DNA of 64,000 nucleotides from NCBI GenBank assembly GCA_032430995.1, contig GCA_032430995.1_3952.1. One strand, written 5' to 3'. Every line of letters starts with the position of its first letter. The stretch's first letter is position 1. The DNA comes from a phage. Of this stretch, positions 51,447-61,034 are shown piece after piece. The notes under the pieces were generated by a model. It saw only the letters and a list, made by a program, of their open reading frames with translations. It was not told the DNA's origin and ran no database searches. The position numbers and the translations under genes are program-made.

Positions 51447-53681
51447 ATGATTAAGACAATTAAAAAATCAAACGGTACAGTGGTAAGTTTTGACCCAGAA
51501 AGACTGAATAAGTGGGCATCATGGGCAGATAAGCGTGGAATCATCTGGTCAGAAGTCACTATGGAAGCTATGAAACGTGTCTATGAGGGTTGCACTACAA
51601 AAGAGATGCACCAAGCCATGATTGATGTTTGTGTTGATAAACAAACTCAAGAGTACTCAGATATGGCTGGACGGCTACTTCTGGGGATTATCTACAAAGA
51701 AGCCTTTGGAGGCTTTACTAAGGTTCCTACGCTGGTTACCTTCGTTAAAAATATGGAGAGAGCAGGACTTTGGGAGAAGATGGACTATTCTCAGGAAGAG
51801 CTTGAATATCTGCAAGGGTACATTGTGCACTCAAAAGATATCTCTTACGGTTATGCAGTCCTGAAACAGTTCAGAGACAAGTATGGTATCCGTGATATTA
51901 AAACGGGAAGACTTTTTGAGTCACCACAATTTATGTTTATGGGTATGGCTATGAAAGCCTTTGAGAAGCAACCAAAGCACCGTAGACTGCAAGATGTTAT
52001 CAAGCTGTACACTTACCTATCTGACCTGAAGATTAATGCTCCTACGCCTTATCTGAATGGTTTAAGAGCTACTAAATCAGGTTATGCGTCATGCTGTTTG
52101 ATTAAGGCGAATGACACTGCCGAATCTCTCGGTATTGCTGCAAAGGTTGCTTATGATATGACTACAAAGCAAGCTGGTATTGGGATGCTGATGGAGACTC
52201 GCACTATTGGTGATGGTATCCGTCAAAACACGATTGAACACATGGGTAAGCTACCTTATTACAAGCTTGTACGTTCATCTGTAGAGGCAAACAAACAGAA
52301 GAGTCGTGGTGGTTCAGCTAATAACTTCTACACTGCTCTAGACCCGCAGATTGAAGATTTACTGCGTTTGAAGCACCCTACAACGGTTCCTTCTAAACGT
52401 ATTAATGAGATGGACTACTCATTCGGCACAAACGATTATTTCTGGCAGTGTGTTCAGTATGATACAGATTGGTTGCTATTCTCTTACAAAGATGCACCAA
52501 AACTCTATGACATGTTCTACACAGCATCTGCTGATGAGTTTGCTATGGCAGTTGGTCATGCAGTACATTCAGGTGTTAAGCACAGACGGGTGAAGGCTCG
52601 TGAAATTGCTAAGCTGTTTATCCAACAGCGTTATGCTACAGGTCGTGTGTATCCATTCTTCACTAACAATGCAAACACACATACACCATTTAAAGAACCA
52701 TTGAAGATGTCAAATCTTTGTATGGAAATTGTGTTGCCAGTGTATGGTTTTGAGAAAGAGACAGACCTTTACAGAGACGATGCTGTGAAAGAGGATGGTG
52801 AGGTGGCTCTTTGCTTCCTAGCTAGTTTGGTTGCAGGGAGAATTTCAGAAGATGAATACGCTGACGTTGCTTATTATGCTCTTGCAATGGTTGATTCCGT
52901 TATTGACCTTATGGATTATCCGTATCCGTCAATGCGTAACCATGTTCAGAAGCGTCGTTCTGTTGGGATTGGCCTTACAAATGTGGCTCATTACCTTGCG
53001 AAGAACTACGTGAACTACTCTTCACGAGCAGGTAAAACGAAACTTCATGAACTTGCAGAGATGCACTCTTACTATCTGCATGAAGCCTCTCTGAGACTTG
53101 CTAAAGAGCGTGGCGTTCCAGAGTACATGAAGTTCACTAAGTATCCTGAAGGCTGGGTTCCTCCAAAGACAGCTAACAAGAAGATTGATGAAAAGCATGA
53201 TGCAAAACTACGATATGATTGGGATGACTTAGCACAGCGTATCAAAGAAAATGGTGGAATCCGAAACTCTGTATTAGAAGCTTACATGCCTAATGAGAGT
53301 TCTTCACTAGCAACTAATACGACAAATGGCTTGTACCCAATTCGTGACTTTATTTTAACTAAAAAGTCTGCAACTGGTAACGTACTGTTTATTGTTCCAG
53401 ATTATGAAGAGTTGAAGTATGTTTATGAAATTGCTTGGGATATTGACACCTTTGATATGATTGATTGTTATGCAATTGTTCAAAAGTTCACTGGTCAAGC
53501 CATCTCTTCAGACTTCTATGTTGACTATGCAAAGTCTAAGAAGGTATCATTGGCTCAAGCTCTGAAGTACATGATTTATGCCAACTCTGTAGGTATGAAA
53601 ACCATGTACTACCTTAACAGTCGCATTGGTGTAGGTAAATCTGCACTGCAAGATGCTTATTGCGAGGGTTGTGGTGTTTAG
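51447..53681 (+). CDS. nrdA: ribonucleoside-diphosphate reductase class Ia, alpha subunit
   Basis: 744 aa; N-terminal ATP-cone; active-site block KMSNLCMEIVLP. Confidence 0.9.
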   Translation: MIKTIKKSNGTVVSFDPERLNKWASWADKRGIIWSEVTMEAMKRVYEGCTTKEMHQAMIDVCVDKQTQEYSDMAGRLLLGIIYKEAFGGFTKVPTLVTFVKNMERAGLWEKMDYSQEELEYLQGYIVHSKDISYGYAVLKQFRDKYGIRDIKTGRLFESPQFMFMGMAMKAFEKQPKHRRLQDVIKLYTYLSDLKINAPTPYLNGLRATKSGYASCCLIKANDTAESLGIAAKVAYDMTTKQAGIGMLMETRTIGDGIRQNTIEHMGKLPYYKLVRSSVEANKQKSRGGSANNFYTALDPQIEDLLRLKHPTTVPSKRINEMDYSFGTNDYFWQCVQYDTDWLLFSYKDAPKLYDMFYTASADEFAMAVGHAVHSGVKHRRVKAREIAKLFIQQRYATGRVYPFFTNNANTHTPFKEPLKMSNLCMEIVLPVYGFEKETDLYRDDAVKEDGEVALCFLASLVAGRISEDEYADVAYYALAMVDSVIDLMDYPYPSMRNHVQKRRSVGIGLTNVAHYLAKNYVNYSSRAGKTKLHELAEMHSYYLHEASLRLAKERGVPEYMKFTKYPEGWVPPKTANKKIDEKHDAKLRYDWDDLAQRIKENGGIRNSVLEAYMPNESSSLATNTTNGLYPIRDFILTKKSATGNVLFIVPDYEELKYVYEIAWDIDTFDMIDCYAIVQKFTGQAISSDFYVDYAKSKKVSLAQALKYMIYANSVGMKTMYYLNSRIGVGKSALQDAYCEGCGV

Positions 53682-53736
53682 TTTTAACAACTATGAGGGT
53701 CGTAAAAGACCCTCTAAAAATAACTTTGGAGAGACC

Positions 53737-53994
53737 ATGAAAGATTTAATAGAAAAACATGAGCGACCAATATACTTGCTCTACAAACCCCGCAAAGCAT
53801 TATACTATGTGAGCAGCACAGGTATCATGATAAAGCAGAATAATGACTTATGGGTCACTGGAGCCTCTTACATCTCTACAGCAGATGGTAAAATCTATGC
53901 AAGACCTTATGAGATGTTTAACAAAGAAAATTGGGAAGTTTTAGACAGAAAACAAGCCTTAGAAATGATAAAGAAAGGAGAAATCACGCTATGA
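53737..53994 (+). CDS. hypothetical protein between nrdA and nrdB
   Basis: 85 aa from ATG 53737 with GGAGAG RBS; track frame extends back to 53653. Confidence 0.35.
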   Translation: MKDLIEKHERPIYLLYKPRKALYYVSSTGIMIKQNNDLWVTGASYISTADGKIYARPYEMFNKENWEVLDRKQALEMIKKGEITL

Positions 53995-55064
53995 TTAACC
54001 AGCACCCAATCTTTTTAGGTGGTGAGAGAAAAACTTTTGACTCACTTAATAAGCACTACCCAAAAATCTTTGAGCTTTATAAACAACAAAAAGCACAAGA
54101 TTGGTCAGAAGATGAGTTCCCTTTTGAACAATCACGTCTTGATTTTGAGAGTGTCCCAGCATCAATGTCAGGTGTAATGCTTGAGATTCTTAAGTGGCAA
54201 TGGGAAGCAGACACTCAAGTTGCTAAGAGCTTGGCATTTGCCTTTGCACCTTTTATTTCTGATGACATCTATGCAACTGCAATTATGAAGCAGTCTGAGA
54301 TTGAAAACCTACATGCTCTTACTTACTCAGAGATTGTAAGGCAATGTATTAAAAACCCTGAAACAATCTTAGATGAGATTAACCAGAATGTTGCTGTGCA
54401 AGACCGATTAAAAACTGTGAATCGTGTTCTTGAAGAATTACTGGATGAAGGTATAAACTATCGGCTGAGTTATGTCCGTGATTCACTTCTGGACAAAGAC
54501 CCTTTACACTTCCATAAAGTGATTCTGAAAGGGCTGTTTGCAGTGACTGCACTTGAAGGTATATCTTTTATGGCATCCTTTGCATGTACTTTTGCACTTG
54601 ATGCTCAAGATAAATTTCAGGGTATTGCTCAAGCTGTCCAGAAAATTATGCTTGACGAAATCCTTCACACTAAAATTGATATTGAAGTTTTAAAAGAAAC
54701 TTTAAGAGATGATGAGTGGCAGAAAGCTTTTCAACAAATTCTTCCAGAGATTAAAGTAATCTTAGATGAAGTAGTTGAAAGTGAAGAGAAATGGTCGTAT
54801 TATATCTTCTCCGAAGGACGTGCTGTAGTTGGCTTAAATACAAAGCTTCTTCATGAGTGGGTTTACTATAATGCTGCCCCACTGTATGATATGTTTGGCA
54901 TTCCCAGATATTTTGTAGCTCCTAAAGAACCACCTTTGAAGTATATGATTAAGAAGATGGAAATTGATAAAGAGCAGAATGCTAATCAGGAGCAACAGAA
55001 CGGTGCGTACCTGTTGAATACTGTTGTAGATGATTTGAATAGTGGATTTTTAGAGGTTCCTTAA
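53991..55064 (+). CDS. nrdB: ribonucleoside-diphosphate reductase class Ia, beta subunit
   Basis: diiron/tyrosyl radical blocks (EIENLHALTYSEI; ALEGISFMASFA; LDEILH); start set to ATG 53991 with AAGGAG RBS. Confidence 0.85.
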   Translation: MINQHPIFLGGERKTFDSLNKHYPKIFELYKQQKAQDWSEDEFPFEQSRLDFESVPASMSGVMLEILKWQWEADTQVAKSLAFAFAPFISDDIYATAIMKQSEIENLHALTYSEIVRQCIKNPETILDEINQNVAVQDRLKTVNRVLEELLDEGINYRLSYVRDSLLDKDPLHFHKVILKGLFAVTALEGISFMASFACTFALDAQDKFQGIAQAVQKIMLDEILHTKIDIEVLKETLRDDEWQKAFQQILPEIKVILDEVVESEEKWSYYIFSEGRAVVGLNTKLLHEWVYYNAAPLYDMFGIPRYFVAPKEPPLKYMIKKMEIDKEQNANQEQQNGAYLLNTVVDDLNSGFLEVP

Positions 55065-55306
55065 TGACTTATGTGATTTACTCCAAAACTGGATGCCCTC
55101 AGTGTGAGACTGCAAAGAATTTTGCAAAAGCTCGTGGTATTGACCATGTTGTGAGAATGTTAGGGCAGGATTATGAACTGTCAGACCTGATGGATATTGC
55201 ACAGATGCCAGTTCGTCAGATGCCGTTCATCATGAAAACTGATGGACAAAACCTAAAACCTGTTGGAACGCTACAGAATTTTATGGCAGAGGTGAATAAT
55301 GCTTAA
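55064..55306 (+). CDS. nrdH: glutaredoxin-like protein (NrdH-like)
   Basis: 80 aa with CPQC redox motif, coupled to nrdB. Confidence 0.6.
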   Translation: MTYVIYSKTGCPQCETAKNFAKARGIDHVVRMLGQDYELSDLMDIAQMPVRQMPFIMKTDGQNLKPVGTLQNFMAEVNNA

Positions 55307-55505
55307 ACGCCTTTGGGAAGGTTTGGTTGTTGATGCACCAGCTATTGTGATTGGTATGCTTGTTGTTAACCTATTTACTGATTTTGAACAAGGTTCATTG
55401 TTTGGGGCCATGTTACTATGGGTTATCTTTGAAATATTAGAGATACAGCTAGGCATCACTGAAAAACTGAGAAAACTCGTTTCTAAGTTTTCTAAAAAGA
55501 TTTAA
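55299..55505 (+). CDS. hypothetical small membrane protein
   Basis: 68 aa hydrophobic ORF. Confidence 0.35.
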   Translation: MLKRLWEGLVVDAPAIVIGMLVVNLFTDFEQGSLFGAMLLWVIFEILEIQLGITEKLRKLVSKFSKKI

Positions 55506-55511
55506 AATGAA

Positions 55512-55535
55512 AGGGTCTCTTCGGAGACCTTTTTA
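55512..55535 (+). terminator. intrinsic terminator
   Basis: GGTCTC-TTCG-GAGACC hairpin followed by TTTTT. Confidence 0.6.
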
Positions 55536-55553
55536 GCATGTAAAGGGGCAATA

Positions 55554-57698
55554 ATGAACAAAGTACAGATTATTAAAAAGAATGGCTCACTTGAAGAACC
55601 TGATATCAAAAAAGTTTTAGCGGCAGTAACAAAGTCAGCTAACAGGGTTGGATATAAAGAACTGCCACCAGATGTTACCCAAGCTCTTGAGTCAGCATTC
55701 ATGAGGATTTTGGTAAAGTCCACTAAGCAGAATAATTTGCTTATCTCGGTAAATGATATTCACAGTATTGTTGAAGGTGCTTTGGCAGAGGTCAACCACG
55801 AGATTTATGAGTCTTACTCAACATACAGAAATTACCGTAAAGAGGTTGCTCAAAATTGGGATGCACTCTACCAGAAGACTAAAGATACACTCTTCTTAGG
55901 TGACCGTGAAAATGCTAACTTTGACAGCAGTTTAATTTCTACGAAAGGTTCAATTATCCGTGGTTACCTGACTAAAGAAATCTTTAAACAGTATCATCTA
56001 ACACCAGAGGAACTTGAAGCCATTGAGAAAGGCTTTATCTATATCCACGATTTGAGAGACCTGATTTTTGGTGGTATTAACTGTTGCCTGTTTGACATTG
56101 GTAAAGTACTAAAAGGTGGCTTTGAAATGTCCGGCATTGAGTACTGTGAACCTAAATCTGTACTGTCAGCATTGCAGGTTATTGGTGACGTAGTACTTTC
56201 AGCAACTGCACAGCAATTTGGTGGTTTTACTTTAGCAGAGATTGATAAGGTACTTGTACCGTATGCTAAGAAGTCTCTACGCTATCATGCTGAGAAAGCA
56301 TCATCTTATGGTATTCCTAAAGAGCATTACCACAATTATGTAATGGAGCAGTTACAAATTGAACTGACTCAGGGTTTTCAGTCACTTGAGATGAAACTAA
56401 ATACCGTACCTTGTAGCCGTGGTGATTTTGCATTCACAACTTTAACATTTGGTTTACTTGACTCAGATATGTCTAATGAGGATAATCGACTCCAATACAT
56501 GATTGCAAGTACTCTCCTAGATGTTCGTATGAATGGACAAGGCAAGAGCAAAAAACCTGTTGTATTCCCTAAACTGGTTTATATTTATGACCAGAAGAGA
56601 CATGATGAAAATATCTGTCAAGGCCACCTGTACAGTAAAGCTATAGAGTGTTGCTCTAAAGCGATGTATCCAGATTTCTTAAGTGTATCTGGTCATGGTG
56701 CTGTAGCAGAAGCTTTTGAGCGTTCTGGCAAGGTAATCTCGCCGATGGGTTGTAGAGCCTTCTTATCTCCATATCTTAACGAGGATGGGGAAGAGTTCTA
56801 CGTTGGTCGTGCTAACATTGGTGCTGTATCTTTGAACTTACCAATGATTTACCAGTATTCTAAAGAGAATGGTTTAGATTTCTGGAAAGAGCTTGATAAG
56901 TACCTAGAGATGATTCGCAGCTTCCACAAGAAACGCTACGAAATGATTGCTAATATGCCAGCAAGTTCTAACCCTCTTGCGTTCACACAAGGTGGTCTGT
57001 ACAAAGGAACTAAGAAACCTACTGACAAGGTTGGTTGGGATATTGTGAAGTCCTTCACAGCTTCTTTTGGTGTTACTGCGCTTGATGAGTTGTCTGTTCT
57101 TGCTGAAGGTAAACGACTTCATGAAGTTGGAAGCTATAGTTTTGCATATGATGTTCTGGCATACATCAACATGAAAACCGAAGAGTTTAAAAATGAAGAT
57201 GGCTTCTTATATGCCGTCTATGGTACTCCAGCAGAATCACTATGTGGGACTCAGCTAAAACAGTTCAGAGATATGTTTGGGGTTATCAAAGGTGTTTCCG
57301 ATAAGGAATACTTTACAAACAGTTTCCATATGAATGTTGCAGCAGACATCTCACCATTTGAGAAGCAGGACTTAGAAGAGCCATTCTTCCATATCTGTAG
57401 AGGCGGTAGAATCCAGTATGTAAGAGTAGCTAACCCAGAAAACTTATCAGCACTTAAAAGTTGTATTACAAGAGGGATGTTGAAAGGTTTCTATCAGGGA
57501 CTTAACTTTGACTTAGCAATCTGTGAGCATTGTGGTAACAGACCAAAGGCTGATGTTGAAGAGTGTGAGGTTTGCCATTCACATGATATCTCTGTGATTA
57601 ACAGGGTGTGTGGTTATCTTGGATGGACTAAGATTAAAGGTGAATCACGAATGAATGATGCAAAAATCGCTGAGATTCGTGACAGAGTTTCTATGTAA
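55554..57698 (+). CDS. nrdD: anaerobic ribonucleoside-triphosphate reductase
   Basis: 714 aa; C-terminal zinc ribbon CEHCG...CEVC and glycyl-radical motif RVCGYLG. Confidence 0.85.
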   Translation: MNKVQIIKKNGSLEEPDIKKVLAAVTKSANRVGYKELPPDVTQALESAFMRILVKSTKQNNLLISVNDIHSIVEGALAEVNHEIYESYSTYRNYRKEVAQNWDALYQKTKDTLFLGDRENANFDSSLISTKGSIIRGYLTKEIFKQYHLTPEELEAIEKGFIYIHDLRDLIFGGINCCLFDIGKVLKGGFEMSGIEYCEPKSVLSALQVIGDVVLSATAQQFGGFTLAEIDKVLVPYAKKSLRYHAEKASSYGIPKEHYHNYVMEQLQIELTQGFQSLEMKLNTVPCSRGDFAFTTLTFGLLDSDMSNEDNRLQYMIASTLLDVRMNGQGKSKKPVVFPKLVYIYDQKRHDENICQGHLYSKAIECCSKAMYPDFLSVSGHGAVAEAFERSGKVISPMGCRAFLSPYLNEDGEEFYVGRANIGAVSLNLPMIYQYSKENGLDFWKELDKYLEMIRSFHKKRYEMIANMPASSNPLAFTQGGLYKGTKKPTDKVGWDIVKSFTASFGVTALDELSVLAEGKRLHEVGSYSFAYDVLAYINMKTEEFKNEDGFLYAVYGTPAESLCGTQLKQFRDMFGVIKGVSDKEYFTNSFHMNVAADISPFEKQDLEEPFFHICRGGRIQYVRVANPENLSALKSCITRGMLKGFYQGLNFDLAICEHCGNRPKADVEECEVCHSHDISVINRVCGYLGWTKIKGESRMNDAKIAEIRDRVSM

Positions 57699-57721
57699 AA
57701 CTTGACATGGTGGTGTGAGTC

Positions 57722-58105
57722 TTGATAGGCTTACATCACCTTTTTTATTGGAGTTGTATCATGGACTTGTGGCTTTATGTAGCAGTTTGTAGCCTTGCAT
57801 GTCTCATCATATTAATCATTATCGGTGTCATGCGTTTTAAAGACATTATTTGCTCAGATTTTTGGCCTGAGTTTATCTTTAAAGCTATGGTAGTGGGATT
57901 CCTTATATTTTGTGCTTTTGTTGTATATGATTCGTATAAGGTAATGGCATGGATGGATGCAAACAATTGTGTAAAAACCTCTCAAAACCGTGAGGTCACT
58001 TATTTTGTGAGCGTGCTTAGTGGGAGTACCACTATACTTGTTCCACAAACTTCTATAGAATATCTTTACACATGTGATAATGGGAAAACTATATGGTGGA
58101 ATTAA
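57722..58105 (+). CDS. hypothetical membrane protein
   Basis: 127 aa with two predicted TM helices. Confidence 0.4.
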   Translation: MIGLHHLFYWSCIMDLWLYVAVCSLACLIILIIIGVMRFKDIICSDFWPEFIFKAMVVGFLIFCAFVVYDSYKVMAWMDANNCVKTSQNREVTYFVSVLSGSTTILVPQTSIEYLYTCDNGKTIWWN

Positions 58106-58308
58106 TTATGTCTAAGCTTTTAAAGGTGTCGACACCCATACTGCATATAGCGGTATTCTTTATTGGGGTTAGTGTCACAGTATGGGGTTTCTCAGACCCA
58201 CAATGGGAGTTTTCATATCAGGGTCAGATGGATTTGTGGTCATGCTTCAAACCATTTTTAGGGTTAACTATTGCATTTTCTGCAATACCAACTAAGGTCA
58301 AATTATGA
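58093..58308 (+). CDS. hypothetical small membrane protein
   Basis: 71 aa hydrophobic ORF. Confidence 0.35.
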   Translation: MVELIMSKLLKVSTPILHIAVFFIGVSVTVWGFSDPQWEFSYQGQMDLWSCFKPFLGLTIAFSAIPTKVKL

Positions 58309-58700
58309 TTAAGTTAAGCCAAAAACAATTAGAGTGGATTAAAGATTACGCCTCAGAGTGTGGCTCTTGCGAAAAGAATCACGTAAAATACTCAACATTT
58401 CATACGACCTTCACATTGTATGTTGGTGACAACGTTCTAAGTGATTCTGTAGAAGATGGTGTAGCATTGCCTAATGAATTGCTTGACAAATTAGCTGTAG
58501 TCACTGGAACTTGGTCTGAAGAAGACGGTCATGAATTATCTGACGATGTTGTCTTCTACAGTCTTGAAAATATTATGAATCCAGAGTACATTATGCTAAT
58601 GACTTGTGCACAAGATTGTGTGCCATTACAAAACTTCATTAAAGAGCACTGTGAAGAGTTTATTACTAAACAGGTTCCCTGTCAGGTGGTGTTTGAATGA
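58305..58700 (+). CDS. hypothetical protein
   Basis: 131 aa Cys-containing acidic protein. Confidence 0.45.
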   Translation: MIKLSQKQLEWIKDYASECGSCEKNHVKYSTFHTTFTLYVGDNVLSDSVEDGVALPNELLDKLAVVTGTWSEEDGHELSDDVVFYSLENIMNPEYIMLMTCAQDCVPLQNFIKEHCEEFITKQVPCQVVFE

Positions 58701-58996
58701 GTAAAACAATTCGAAGAAAAGGTTTAAAGAACGTTCACGGACTCTATGAGTGGAGGAATGAGGTGCGTAACAGAGAAAATGCCTCAGATGTCTACTTCCA
58801 TTCTGATATGATGTCCAGAAAAGGTGGCTCTTATGACTTTACAAGTCAACCTTGTAGGGAGATTAAGAAGGCTACTAAACGTCTTACAAGAACACAAATC
58901 AGGCAGCTTTCTAAGACATCCTTCTTAGATGAAGATTTTGATATTGATAGCAAGTCTCCAAAGAAAGCCGCTAAGAACACTTATATGTATTGGTGA
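58697..58996 (+). CDS. hypothetical basic protein
   Basis: 99 aa ORF. Confidence 0.4.
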   Translation: MSKTIRRKGLKNVHGLYEWRNEVRNRENASDVYFHSDMMSRKGGSYDFTSQPCREIKKATKRLTRTQIRQLSKTSFLDEDFDIDSKSPKKAAKNTYMYW

Positions 58997-59005
58997 GGTA
59001 ACTAG

Positions 59006-59491
59006 ATGAATTACATGGAGATTCGACCATTTGACACAGCTAATGGTGAAGGGGTTCGTGTAAGCCTCTTCGTAGCTGGTTGTAAGCATCACTGTGAAGG
59101 TTGCTTTAATAAGGAATCTTGGAAGTTTAATGCTGGTAAAGAGTTCACTTATGCAAACCTTTATGGCGTCATTAAGTTAATGGATGATAATGCCATCAGT
59201 GGGCTGTCAATACTTGGTGGAGAACCTCTGGATGATAGAAACATTCAAGAGGTTACCAACATATGCAAACGTATTAAAACCGTTTACCCAGAAAAATCTA
59301 TCTGGCTCTGGACAGGTTTTCAGTTACATGAAAAAATTCACCTTGATGTGATGAAATATGTTGACGTGGTGATTGATGGTAAGTATGATTCATCTAAACC
59401 AACAGTTAAACCATATCGTGGTTCTGATAACCAAAACCTCTGGAGAAAAGAGTATGGGTGGCAAGGTGATTGTCAGTGGAGAGCAGAGTGA
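59006..59491 (+). CDS. nrdG: anaerobic ribonucleotide reductase activating protein (radical SAM)
   Basis: 161 aa; CxxxCxxC cluster (GCKHHCEGC) near N-terminus. Confidence 0.7.
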   Translation: MNYMEIRPFDTANGEGVRVSLFVAGCKHHCEGCFNKESWKFNAGKEFTYANLYGVIKLMDDNAISGLSILGGEPLDDRNIQEVTNICKRIKTVYPEKSIWLWTGFQLHEKIHLDVMKYVDVVIDGKYDSSKPTVKPYRGSDNQNLWRKEYGWQGDCQWRAE

Positions 59492-59573
59492 TTATTCTGG
59501 CAAATGGACTAAGGTATAACTCCAATTGGTATCACTGAAGAAGAACTTCATAAGTTCTGTATTAAACTTTAAT

Positions 59574-59589
59574 GAGAGAGAGAGAGAGA
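59574..59589. repeat. (GA)8 dinucleotide microsatellite
   Basis: GAGAGAGAGAGAGAGA overlapping the first possible start codon/leader of the next gene. Confidence 0.9.
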
Positions 59590-59595
59590 CTAAAA

Positions 59596-59862
59596 ATGGG
59601 AATTTTAGGTAATATGAAAGCTGGATTCTTGAAGGCACTGGCAAAAGCAGCAGCAATTGTTTCTATGACTGGAAAGCAAGTCGGTGTAGATGCTTCAGCG
59701 GTTGCACAGGTTCTTACAAGCCAAATTGAACAGCAGCCTTACATCTATGTAGGCCGTGGCAAAGGTGGTAAGAAACAAGCCCACCGTCCGTCTGGTGCAG
59801 CAGCTATTAAACGAGCAGCTAAGAAAGCTCGTAACCGTAAACGTAATAAGAAGGCTAAATAA
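59596..59862 (+). CDS. hypothetical highly basic protein
   Basis: Lys/Arg-rich C-terminus; start placed at ATG 59596 after the GA tract (upstream in-frame ATG at 59572 also possible). Confidence 0.4.
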   Translation: MGILGNMKAGFLKALAKAAAIVSMTGKQVGVDASAVAQVLTSQIEQQPYIYVGRGKGGKKQAHRPSGAAAIKRAAKKARNRKRNKKAK

Positions 59863-59864
59863 TC

Positions 59865-60185
59865 ATGAGCAAAGTTTATAACACTCGTAAATTACAGATT
59901 TTCTTACTGTGCCAGTTTATGGCTAGAGAGCATAACTCCTACTATTGTGGTACAGGATTCATTAGTGATAATGATGGCTCATATCTCCCATTCAAAGAGG
60001 CTGTAAAACTCTTCAATGAAGAGAAAAGCTCTGAGAAAGATATTGAAAAGGTTAAATTAACATATAGTAAGAAAGATAAGAAGATTATCTGCCTAGATAA
60101 CTTTGTGAAAGTTACCAAAGAAACTAAAGAGTTAATGGAAGAAAGTGAAATTCCATTCACAAGAATCTTGAAAGTAGCTCAGTAA
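59865..60185 (+). CDS. hypothetical protein
   Basis: 106 aa ORF. Confidence 0.4.
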   Translation: MSKVYNTRKLQIFLLCQFMAREHNSYYCGTGFISDNDGSYLPFKEAVKLFNEEKSSEKDIEKVKLTYSKKDKKIICLDNFVKVTKETKELMEESEIPFTRILKVAQ

Positions 60186-60196
60186 GCAGATACTAT

Positions 60197-60222
60197 AAGG
60201 GAACTGTAAAGGTTCCCTTTTT
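60197..60222 (+). terminator. intrinsic terminator
   Basis: GGGAAC-TGTAAAG-GTTCCC hairpin followed by TTTTTATTTT. Confidence 0.65.
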
Positions 60223-60236
60223 ATTTTGGAGATAAT

Positions 60237-60752
60237 ATGTATCTGTCAAATCTGAAACGTTCTGCTGCAATGTCAGTGTTAAGACTCAGTTTTGAGGAAC
60301 GTCAAGAGTTCATTGACTCCCACCAATACGACCCTTCCAACTCCAATCACATGATTCTCTGGAATCGTGAGAGTACTCGTGAAAGAGCATTATTTCGATA
60401 TTACCCACACTACACCATAGACAACCTGTATGAATGTTTTGTTGTGAAGAACACCATTACAGTACTCAATAAACTTTGCAGATACACAGGCAGTCAATCC
60501 TTCACATTAGGCCACCACAAGCCTGTGACAAAAGGTGGTGAACATCACTGTGCAAACTGGTTTATTCAGACTAAAGCTGATAACCAGAAGCAAGGAGATA
60601 GCCTTTTAAGTACCCCTAAGATGACCTATGAAGAGCAAGAGAGATATATCAAAAATAATATGCCAGATGTGCTTGACAACAACTATACAGATTTGGCAAT
60701 ATCTCTCCTGTTGAAGTTCGAGATAGTTTATAGGGCAACTTACAATGGCTAA
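60237..60752 (+). CDS. HNH endonuclease (putative homing endonuclease)
   Basis: 171 aa; His-Me finger block LGHHKPVTKGGEHHCANWFIQTKADNQKQGD. Confidence 0.55.
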   Translation: MYLSNLKRSAAMSVLRLSFEERQEFIDSHQYDPSNSNHMILWNRESTRERALFRYYPHYTIDNLYECFVVKNTITVLNKLCRYTGSQSFTLGHHKPVTKGGEHHCANWFIQTKADNQKQGDSLLSTPKMTYEEQERYIKNNMPDVLDNNYTDLAISLLLKFEIVYRATYNG

Positions 60753-61023
60753 AGAAAAGTGGGAGATTTTACCATTAGTCAGTGAAGGAGGTAATGGTTG
60801 TGAAATGTACATGATACGTGGTCATGTTCCAGAGCCAATTGCACTTGAGATGGTAAACAACTTTACAGATGGTTCTTACAAAGACTTAGGCGAACCAACT
60901 GTCAAGCAACAATGGGTTAAACCTGTACCAGACAGCACAGGTAACTGTAGTGTACTTTATCACGTTGTAGACCCTGCAAAATGCAAATCTGCAATGGCAG
61001 TAACAAACATAACCTTTGATTGA
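60745..61023 (+). CDS. hypothetical protein
   Basis: 92 aa ORF. Confidence 0.4.
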   Translation: MAKEKWEILPLVSEGGNGCEMYMIRGHVPEPIALEMVNNFTDGSYKDLGEPTVKQQWVKPVPDSTGNCSVLYHVVDPAKCKSAMAVTNITFD

Positions 61024-61034
61024 GAGAGAAAACT

